Source: the human T2T-CHM13v2.0 reference genome, Homo sapiens
NCBI RefSeq assembly: GCF_009914755.1
Contig: NC_060935.1
Length of the DNA stretch: 64,000 nt
Reading direction: 5' to 3' (one strand)
Numbering within the stretch: position 1 is the stretch's first letter; each line of letters starts with the position of its first letter. Positions 54,251 to 64,000 of this stretch are shown in pieces. Under the pieces are notes generated by a model. The model had not been told where the DNA came from. It searched no databases and saw only the letters and a program-made list of their open reading frames with translations. Both the position numbers and the translations under genes were made by a program.

Positions 54251-54949
54251 CATGAATCAAGTAGGCCAGGGAAATGTAAATACATGGACAGAAATTTTAA
54301 AGGCTCAGGAAGCCTATCTCTGACTGTTCATGGTAATACCTCTATTTCTTTGTATAGATGTGGCCTTCATCAGATTCCAAATGCTAGGAAATGTTATAAC
54401 TCAGAAAAGATCCCTTCATGTGATAATAATAAAAAAACCCCAAAGCTGAGTATGGTACTACCTGAAAATATTTGTTCAAGATTGATTTCTTTCTAAACAG
54501 CATTCCTTGAAAATATTTGTTCAAATGTTATTGTTTTCCCTAAACAAATGCCCAAGGAAACTTCATAATACAGGTTTTATTTCAAGCATGCAGGATTTAC
54601 CTTTTCCGTTTTTAAAACCTGCCCAAATTCTAGTGCACTCCTTTTATGTTTGGTAAACCGTAAGCTTTAAATGTGTGTCCTGTATGTAAAAAACTTTAAT
54701 CAAGTATTTAACTTTGTAGAACAACACTTCGTGACTCCCAATGTCTCTGATATCTGCTTGCTGATTTCTAGCCAAGCATGCTATCCAAACTCGATAGCAT
54801 TATTGGTTAAACAGCTTGATTCTTCTCTTCCAGTCACACATAAAGACTCTTTTTCAAAACACTAACAACATTGGAATAAATTTATTCTTTAAACTTGTCC
54901 AGTTTCATGAAAGGTTCAGTTTGATACTTGTATCTAAAAGTGTGGCCCA

Positions 54950-55470
54950 ACAATTCAATTTAATTCAACAGCTCTTGATAGACTGTTTCTTATTGCCCAA
55001 GAAAAGCCTCCTAGACACTTCTGTGAATATAAGAAGTGGAACACATCTAAAAAGCTCACAGTTTTGTCAACAGATATAGAAACAGAATAAAAGAATTTTT
55101 AAAAAAACCCAATAAATGAACAAAACACAGAGTAATATCAAAGTATAGAACGTAATAGGGTAGATGCCATCAGAAAAGTAGACACGAAAATTGCAGAAGT
55201 CTAGAAGAAAAAAAGTATTTGCAGTGGGAGGACCACAAAGCTTTCATGGACTAGATGTTATTTAAAGGCATATACAGTTTCAACAAGTGGATAAGGAAAA
55301 CAATGTAACCAAAGGGTTAGAAACAAGAATATTGTAAAGTTTCTAACCATATGATAGCATTACCCAGTGAGGTAAGAATGAGGGTTAAGGCTGGGGCAGT
55401 AGGTTAGGAAAAAGTTTTAAAGCCCTAAACTAAGAGTTTAGACTTTATTTGGAAAGCACCTTGGATCCAA
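54950..55470 (-). mobile_element. L2 fragment
   Basis: caattcaatttaattcaacagctcttgatagactgtttcttattgccc...aagagtttagactttattt. Confidence 0.55.
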
Positions 55471-55934
55471 ACCCATTATCTTTTTCTTAAAAACAATCCA
55501 TCCTCCTAAGACAGATTCATGTTAGCAGCAGCTCCAAGTAGGAGGCAGGTCGGGGCAAAAGAAACAATGAGCACAAGAAGAATAAAGGATGTGTGAACAG
55601 ATAAGAACATTGCACAATCAATTATGAGTATCTCTAAGGAGAAGAAGAAAATATTCCTCCTCGAATGCTATTAATGGATAGAAAATATTACCTAAAACAA
55701 TAGTTGGTAGTACTAATAAGTTATAATATGAACAGTCTATATTTAATTTTAAAAACTAGAGCTATAGTATTTTGATTGCTAAAGGATATAATGGCAGTTA
55801 AAAAAAACCACAAAATGATGATATTCATTCGGTATATAAAAAACAAGTCTCCTTCTAACATTTCAAAATTCTTTCAAAAGCCTTATCCCATTTTATTCAC
55901 ATAATATAGTTGTATGCAAAAGCTAAAAGTATAA

Positions 55935-57188
55935 ACTATGCATCCAACAAAGGTCTAATATCTAGCATCTATAAGAAACATAAATTTACAGGAAAAAAAC
56001 ACAACCCCATTAAAAAGTGAGCAGAGGACATGAACAGGCATTTCTGAAAATAAGACACACATGAAGCCAACACGTATATGAAAAAAAGCTCAACATCACT
56101 GATCATTAGAGAAATGCAAATCAAAACCACAATAAGATACCATTTAACACCAGTCAGAATGGCTATTATTAAAAAGCCAAGGGCCGGGCACGGTGGCTCA
56201 CGCCTGTAATCCCAGCACTTTGGGAGGCTCACAAGGTGGGCAGATCACGAGGTCAGGAGTTCGATACCAGCCTGGCCAACATGGTGAAACCCCATCTTTA
56301 TTAAAAATACAAAAAAAATTAGCCGGGCATGTTGGTGCGCCCCTGTAATCCCAGCTACTTAGGAGGCTGAGGCAGGAGAATCACTTGAACCGGGAGGTGG
56401 AGGTTGCAGTGAGCTGACATCATACTACTGCTCTACAGCCTGGGTGACAGAGCGAGACTCAGTCTCAAAAAAAAAAAAAAAGTAAAAAAATAACAGATGC
56501 TGGCAAGGTTTTGGAGAAAAAGGAACATGTATACACAGTTGTTGGGAATGTAAATTAGTTCAGCCATGGTGGAAGACAGTGTGGAGATTCCTCAAAGACC
56601 TAAAGACAGAAATACCATTTGATCCAGCAATCCCATTACTGGGAATATACCCAGAGGAATATAAATCATTCCATTATAAAGACACATGCATGTGTATGTT
56701 AATTGCAGCACTATTCACAATAGCAAAGACATGGAATCAACCTAAATGTCCATCAGTGGTAGACTGGATAAAGAAAATGTGGTAAATACGGACTATGGAA
56801 TACTATGCAGCCATAAAAAAGAATGAGATCATGTCATTTCCAGCAACATGGATGGAGCTGGAGGCCATTATCATTAGCAAACTAATGCAGGAACAGAAAA
56901 CCAAATACTGTATGTTCTCATTTATAATTGGGAACTAAATGATGAGACCACATGGACACATAGAGGAGAACAACACACATTGGAGCCTTTTGGAGGGTGG
57001 AGGGTGAAGGATGGGAGGAGGGAGAGGTTCAGGAAAATAACTAATGGGCAGTAGTCTTAATACCTTGGTGATAAAATAATCTGTACAACGAACCCCCATG
57101 ACACTCATTTACAAATGTATGTAAGTATGTATATACATTTGTATGTAACAAACCTGTGCTTGTACCCCTGAACTTAAAAGCTGAAAAA
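55935..57188 (+). mobile_element. L1PA (older primate, about L1PA13-16) 3' fragment
   Basis: ORF2 C-terminus (WRFLKDLKTEIPFDPAIPLLGIYP...WNQPKCPS) and 3'UTR gggagaggttcaggaaaataactaatggg. Confidence 0.9.
56182..56481 (+). mobile_element. AluS inserted in the L1PA
   Basis: ggccgggcacggtggctcacgcctgtaatcccagc... dimer with poly-A tail. Confidence 0.95.
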
Positions 57189-59699
57189 TGCTCATCTCCA
57201 CCAAATTTATAGAGGGTGAAAATGAGTTCAGAATAAGTTAGACTGAATTGCTCCAGGAAACAGCAAGACAGTAGTGACAATGGAACTGGAACCTAGACCT
57301 GTAAACACAGTCAAGCTTAGCCCAACAATAAATAACAAGACTACGTAAGATAGCTCTCCATCACAAAACAACTAAACTAAGAAATAATTAATGACAATAA
57401 GAATGGAAGTCATCAGTACTTTTTACTTTCATTTTCACAAATGTCAATTTTCTTTACTATTAATATATAATCAGTCACTTCAGAAATAAAATGTAAAAAG
57501 CTCTATACAGCAGTTTTAATTTAGCAGTGAATTCCACAACAATTTTGCTAAGCTCAAATAGAACAGTCATCAATGTGTAATATATAGGTGTCAATCATTG
57601 ATGTCAATCAATCAAACTTTTTTTTAGTGGTTATGACATTGTAAATAGTCCTCTGAATGGAGACGAGTAAGTGGGGACTTGCAGAATAAGTTAATATAAC
57701 TAAAAAGACAAGAAATGCTCATTGAAACAAATTAGCAATACAATGATACAACATCTGATACAATCTAAAGGAAGAAATTCTACAGGAGAAAGGGAGAGAT
57801 GATGACTATGGATTTAAGTACAAAAGTTAAGAACCACATATAGCCATAGTTCAGTCTTTCCACAAAGTTTCCTTAAAGCCCATAATCAACAATTAGGACT
57901 GCACATGAGCTACACTCTCTTCTCCCTATCTTTTAAGTCCTCAAATGTATCATTTACAGTTTGTCTCACCAAGATCTTTGTTTTGCTATAATTGAGATTT
58001 TTCAACCCAAAACAAAAATGGGGTTAGATCTATGAAGGTACTTGTAAATGACTGAAAGAAGATGGTACCAGCTGCTTCAGATGTCAGAACTTTTAAATAA
58101 TTCACTGCACATTGGCTGGGAGGAAACTTTTCACAATGAATTGATCTCTTGACATTTTAAATAGATCTCATGTACTTTGCTAGAAATTACAGAGACAACA
58201 GTTTTTATGAAATGGTATTTGCTTTTCCCAGTAAACATTTTGGTATCCATAAACTAAATACAGTTTTAAATTTCAATAGTAAAAATGAGAGCACATAAGG
58301 ATAAATTGATTCAAGCTCCTATGATATCCAGTATTTATTACAGCAGACTTTGTAGATAAGAACACTGAAGTGCAATATTCAGTTGACTTCCAATAGGACA
58401 ATCTGAATGACTTACTGGGGGGGTTGTGGAGGAGGTCAGGGGAATCATTTCACACAGCATGCCTGTTGATGATATGAGTCATGGTGCTGAAACTGAGTAA
58501 GCAATCAAATGTATACAAGGATTAGGAATTATTTAGAACCTGATCATCCCAGAGCCTAGGATCCCCTCTGAAATGCTTTATTAAGTCCAAGTCCCTGGGT
58601 TGGCTCTAAAGCTCTGCCTAACAATCCATTTCTTTAGCACCTCAGGGCTGATATGGAAGGTTAGATTCTATATAAATCTAAATTAATCCTCTAAATTAAT
58701 CCCCAGCTGTAATCCCCAGCTGGTTGTTACACACTCTGGGAGTTTTGGCAACATGTTTAATAAGCATTTGGAAATCACACAAATCCTAGTTTACCTGCCT
58801 GTCACCCTTTCTCTGCTCAACAGTTTTTTCTACAAATTGTTTTTCAAAATAAAAATCCACTGCTGCTTTGGATCAATGGATGGCTCCCAAGCATGTGCAG
58901 GAAGCTTGATTCCATGGAGGTCCATGGAGCTTCTCCATCACAGCTGCAGAAATGAAGCTGGTTTCTGACTCTCTCACCTCTTGTTTTTATGCTCATTTCC
59001 TCCAATTTTCACCAAGCTCTGTGCTCTGTCCTACATCCTACCTTGGGAAAGGGTCTGACACTTATTCATACTGAAGTACAAATGATCTAAATGTAGTTCA
59101 AATTTTAACACAAAACACAGAATTTTAAAAAAGGGTCAGTGAGTTCAGCAGTCAACTGGTCAACAGGTAATCATTAAGTGCCTTCTGTGAGCTAGGCCTG
59201 AACCGATACTTTCCTATCTCTGACGATAATATGTATGGGACAGGAGAAGACTGAGAGGGAAACAAGAGAATTTTGAGTTTTGCTGAAAATGTCTTTCCAT
59301 AAAGTGATTATTTTTATTTGCGAATTTGCCCCCTGGACAACCCCATGGACAGAATAAACCTTGCTGAAATGAATAGATCCAGTTCCAGCCTCTAATAGCG
59401 GCAGACTAGTATATATAGCTCTCTGACATCTGCACGTTTGAAATCACTGTGTGAAATTGGAAAATCTTTTGTTTGTTTCAACAACTGGAAAGATCTGTGT
59501 AATGTGCAGAGCTATAAGAGAGTGACATTCTCAGAATGCTGTCTACCAGGGGGTAATCACAAATTTGTCTACTCACTACCCAGCTACTGCTCACCAAGCG
59601 ATACTTGAAGGGCAAAGGAAGAGGCAGTAGAATCTGATGCATCTTGTAGAGGGGTAGAAAAGATATGAGGACAGTGACATTTTAAAGACTTTAGATGTC

Positions 59700-60805
59700 G
59701 GAAATATCTTTAGTTCATTCTTCTCTCAACTTGATTGGTTTAATTAGGTATTAAATTCTTCTTTAGAATTGACTTTCTCCTCAGTATTTGGCTGTTAAAA
59801 AGTAAGATGTCATTCTGTTTTTTAATCCTGGGCATGTGAATTTTCTCCTAGTCTTTTTTATCATCATCATCATCATCATCATCGTCTTTCTATCTCTGGT
59901 ATTGTGAAAATTAATAATAATATGGCTAAGTGCATCTTTTTTATTTGGTACAATGACAATTAGTGGATCCTTTTGAACCTTTTGACGTAGCAAACTATGT
60001 CTTTCAGTTCTAGGAATTTTTAAAAAGTTATTTAATAATTTTGTATGCCTTGTTTTATATGTTTTCTTTTTATGCATTTTGGCTTAGTCAGACATTGACC
60101 TGGTAAATTAATCTTCTAATTTGTTTTCCTTTTTCTCGAATTATTCCCTCATTTTAAAACATTCTATTTTCTGGAAGATTGCATCCAACATTATTTCCCA
60201 ACACATAAAGAATTTTAAAATTTCAGATATCTCATTTTAATTTCCACTCTTGTGGTATGATTATTTTTTCTTATGTTGTGTTCTTACTATTTTAAATCTA
60301 TGAGAATATTAATCATCTTTTTATAGTTTTCTTTAGTTCTCTATATTGTCTCTTTTTCCTCTAGATATTAATTGACTAGATTTTGTTGTTTGCTTTTTTG
60401 TTTTGGTCTCTTTTTTCATGTCAAGGCATTCAACAAATTACTAATGTCTGTAAATATCTTTCTATTTAAGTATAAGTCATTATGACATGGTTAGAAGTTT
60501 TGTGTGTAGCAAAATAATGTTGAATTGTAGGTTTACCCTGACCATTTCATTAGGGTTCCCAAATATCAATATATTTACTGTTTTTCCTTTGGTCCAGTTT
60601 GTCCAAGTAACAATATTCCAATCATTCCTATGGGATTACACCTGGATTCCAGCATTCTGGAAGTTGAATTTAGGAAATAACCTGGGAATCTCACTGTTAT
60701 GAATGTAGACTTTTATTTAATCCTCCCATATTTACCTTCCTGAATTTAGAATTCCTCTGGTTCAATGTCTCAGGAGAACAAACCTCTCATATCTTTCTAG
60801 AGTTA
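59700..60805 (-). mobile_element. Old L1ME-like fragments, with (CAT)n at ~59860-59883
   Basis: Antisense ORF1-like debris (ORF 59781-60077 HIIINFHNTRDRK...NRMTSYF). Confidence 0.6.
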
Positions 60806-60807
60806 GC

Positions 60808-61400
60808 TGTGACCCAAAATTTGTTCTCCCTTTATTTATTAGTAATAAAGTTCTACAAAAGTACATGGCTACCCAGCTTGAAACTACATTTCCCAATTTC
60901 CCTAGCTACTATGGTTCTGAGTAATTATTAGGCTCCTAAAATAAGATTGACCTGACAAAGTTTTGAATGGCAGAAGTGAAGTAGATTCCGTTTCCCTTGG
61001 CAACTGACCATTAACAGTGACTATTGATATTGGAGTTTTGCAGAAGCAGGCTCCAGTTTTTAGCTTCCTAAGTGTCAAGAAAATGGCCCAGTACTGGTGA
61101 CACGTTAGTCTAACATCTAACTTCATAATCATGGGAATGCATATTTAGGCATCCATTTTTCAGTTTCCTGACGTCCAAAGGCTGGTATGGCTGTGGCCAC
61201 GGCTCCTGACCTAGACTATTACAGTTCCCGTGGTGAGCACAGGGGTAGGAGCTTGTGCACCTGGCCAGTTCTATATTTTATGGGTATCATTTCAAGATAT
61301 CCAGCTTAGAACCTGATTTTTATCTCTTCTCATGATTCTGTAAGCACATTATTCCCTGTATATCTTCTGACTTAAAATACCCTAGAGTATTTTCTACCCT
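60808..61400 (+). mobile_element. Ancient ERVL-class LTR (LTR33/LTR16-like)
   Basis: acatggctacccagcttgaaactacatttccca near the start; cttaaaataccctagagtattttct near the end. Confidence 0.5.
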
Positions 61401-61592
61401 TGTACTTTTTCTGGAATCTCTTTTGGTCATATTTTGGATGTTTTAGATTATCCTCCTAATTAGGTTGGGTGTGTGTGCATGCATGTGTGCATGTAAACAG
61501 GCTGATATTTAGATTTAGAGTGAATATACTTGCTTCTTACCCACTCCCTCTTCTGTAGGACCTGAGACTTCAGCTTTCTTTTAGACATTAAG

Positions 61593-61744
61593 CCAAATAT
61601 CACTCAGGCATACACTTACCACCTTCCTCTCTTCCATTTTTAAATCCTCTTCCAGTCTTTGTGTGTTTGTATGTGTATATGTCATTTTGTTCCAACAAAA
61701 TGGAAGAGAGGACGGTGGCAAGTGTGTACCTGAGTGATATCTGG
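61593..61744. repeat. 48-bp inverted repeat with 56-nt spacer
   Basis: 61593-61640 versus the reverse complement of 61697-61744: 43/48 identical. Confidence 0.95.
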
Positions 61745-64000
61745 AAGCCATTTTGTTGTCGTTTCAAAAAAGATTAATTATTAACTTCCGAAAAGGGTAA
61801 TGATAAACTCAGGGCCTCAATTTGCTTAATTAGAAATTTCTGTTGTTACAAATTATTCATCTGAATATCTTTTTTTGCTAAGGAATGCATTTGGATTCTA
61901 TTGTAATAGCATTGGGCACTGCATTTTTGGGTGTAGGAGAAGGACGACGGTTCTGAAAGATGAAAATAAAAGACATCAAGACACATTATGTTTTCCTAAG
62001 TGTTGTAAAGTTCCTGAATTTTTCCTATTTACCTTCTTCTTTCTACTTGAGTGGAAGAAAGGAAGGAACTCTGCCCTGTATTTCTGCTTTGTGCTTCACT
62101 GCTCCAAGATCTGATGCAGTCTGAAGATAGGTCCAATGGAACTGTTGTTATTGAGTCGGCTAGACAGCCTGAAATCCCCTGAAATGCAGTGATTCATTCT
62201 CTGGAAATACACCTTTCCAAATAAGGAAAGGAAGAATCTAGCTCATGATGAAATAAAACAGAAAAAGGATCTCACCAAATGTTTATGCGTTTTAAGGTTG
62301 CAAATATTTTTACTTGTAGATGTTGAGGTAATTTTATAATTTGAGGCAATCTGTGGGATCTAAAATTCAGGCCAATAAGTTCTCCTAAAGGGATAGCCTT
62401 CCTGTATGTCCCCTGAAAATGATAAGGCAGAGAGTCTCAGAGGCACTTCAGCGACACCCCTGCACATTTTTTCTGCAACCCACCCCAGGAGTAGGTACTG
62501 ATGGCAAAGTGTGCTTAAGTATAGGTTCATACTCTGCATACCTGATACCTGCTAGAGAGTGTACATCTTCTGGGATGTTCCTATTTGAGTGGCAAAACTA
62601 ATGCCCTTTACATTCTTGAATTTTAGGATGCTAAATAACTAAAGATCATTCTACCCCATTGACTTCTCTGGACCCTGTCAATTTTGACCTTTAACAGCCT
62701 AAAAACTCCACTTCTAGTAAATGTCAAGGAATTTAAACTTTAAAACATTCATGCAAAAGTTTGATATGTCTATAGACAGAACTTTAAAAAGAGATAAGTG
62801 AGAGATTAGAAAAGATAACTGTAACCAGTTCTTGTAAGTTAAATAATTTCCTCACATTTTTCACTTCTCTGACCAAAAGTCTTTCTTAAAAACAAGTTCA
62901 TCATTGTGCTGGTCTTTCTGTATAAAAGATAAAGAAGTGGAAAGAAGAAAATATGCACAATTATTTTTAAAAATTAATATTAGTTGATTTCATTACTTAA
63001 AAATTAGTACCAAATTAGATTCCTAGACTTAAGAATTCTATGTTCTCTATTTTCTATATTATTCAACCAATCAGAAATAGTTAGCCTAAATGTATTCTAA
63101 GGAGATCATGCAAATTTTAATAACTTCAGCCCCCAAGAAGGCAAATCAACCTAGGAAAATATTTGGAGGCTAAAAAAAGGGCATACTTTTTTCCTTTTCT
63201 TTAAGAGTTCAACCGACTTCTTATATGAACAATGTTTTATAGAAAATATTCCTTGCAAATTCCACTAAAATTATGCTTCTCAGAAATACTCATTTTTGTG
63301 GAGAGAAACTAAGAGAGGAGAAGAGGTATAGGTAGGCTCAGTATATCTAATCTCTTACATTTTAGAGTTTTTCTTTCCCCCATACAGGTTAGATAGAGAC
63401 AAATTAGTTGATGGCATTAGTTAAGTCGCTTAAATTCTCTGGTTTCTTAATTTCCTTGTGGAAAAAGAAAGATTTTACTCTAATTTATTTCAAAGATTAG
63501 TTACAGCTCTAACATTTAGGGAAGCTTGAGAATTTATAAAGTATTCAGTTTATAGAGGATCATACAAAGCAGCGTGATCAAACATGTTAGTTTTAGACTT
63601 GCAAATCTGAAAAATTTTCAAGTAAGATCTCCAGAGGAAACACTGTCATGTTGGCTAATATCACAAAAACTGATTACAAAGCAATTTTGATTTAGTAATA
63701 GGTGACTAATGCATGAGAATCTTTGCACTTTAATAAGAGCTGCAGAAAGGATTCTTAACATAGCATTTAGAGCAATCAGATTTTTCCTGATGCACAGTGT
63801 TTCACACAAAAGAGCAGTGGGAAGAACTGACTGCTAAAAGATTAAGGCCCAGTTAAGACTGGTTTCAATTCTCTAGTTTAAAAACGAATACTCCAAACAT
63901 GCTGTATTTTATTAAATATTAAAATGTATTTAAATAATACAATTCATGATCAGCTTTTTGGAAGTTAGACTTCCAAAAGTCTACCTTCCTGTTTTGAGAG

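Larger units (their letters stand above)
54230..64000 (-). other. GUCY1A2: Last intron of GUCY1A2 (partial)
   Basis: Upstream of the acceptor; no further guanylate cyclase-like exon seen in the window. Confidence 0.85.

Noticed and set aside
54230-54285. N-terminal 19 aa of ORF 54022-54285
   Set aside because: Intronic in-frame extension across the polypyrimidine tract; the real exon starts at 54229.
54167-54496. 109-aa plus-strand ORF overlapping the GUCY1A2 exon
   Set aside because: Non-ATG start, no recognisable similarity or gene context; likely chance.
55533-55549. CTCF-like caagtaggaggcag
   Set aside because: Two core mismatches; unsupported without ChIP data.

Overview
Primate (almost certainly human) genomic DNA covering the 3' end of GUCY1A2 (soluble guanylate cyclase alpha-2) on the minus strand. 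The terminal coding exon lies at 54229-54022 and ends in the PDZ ligand FLRETSL. It is followed by an inferred ~13.5 kb, nearly repeat-free 3' UTR ending at a distal AATAAA (40513-40508), and the last intron occupies 54230-64000. Bases 1-40,000 are a dense stack of transposon fossils: MLT1, MLT2, THE1 and MER31 LTRs, a MER57-type ERV1 provirus with an env remnant, a full THE1B element, a near-full-length Tigger4, and L1/L2/MIR/Alu copies. Every other ORF in the supplied track is a repeat remnant or noise. I see no convincing new gene system. The most interesting unexplained structures are an 89-bp locally templated insertion inside an Alu, a 48-bp intronic hairpin favouring the transcribed strand, a miR-137 site cluster in the UTR, a strong splice donor just upstream of the PDZ tail, and a ~1 kb inverted-then-expanded repeat in an MLT2 LTR. 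Repeat family names come from my recall of consensus sequences, and boundaries of old elements are approximate.
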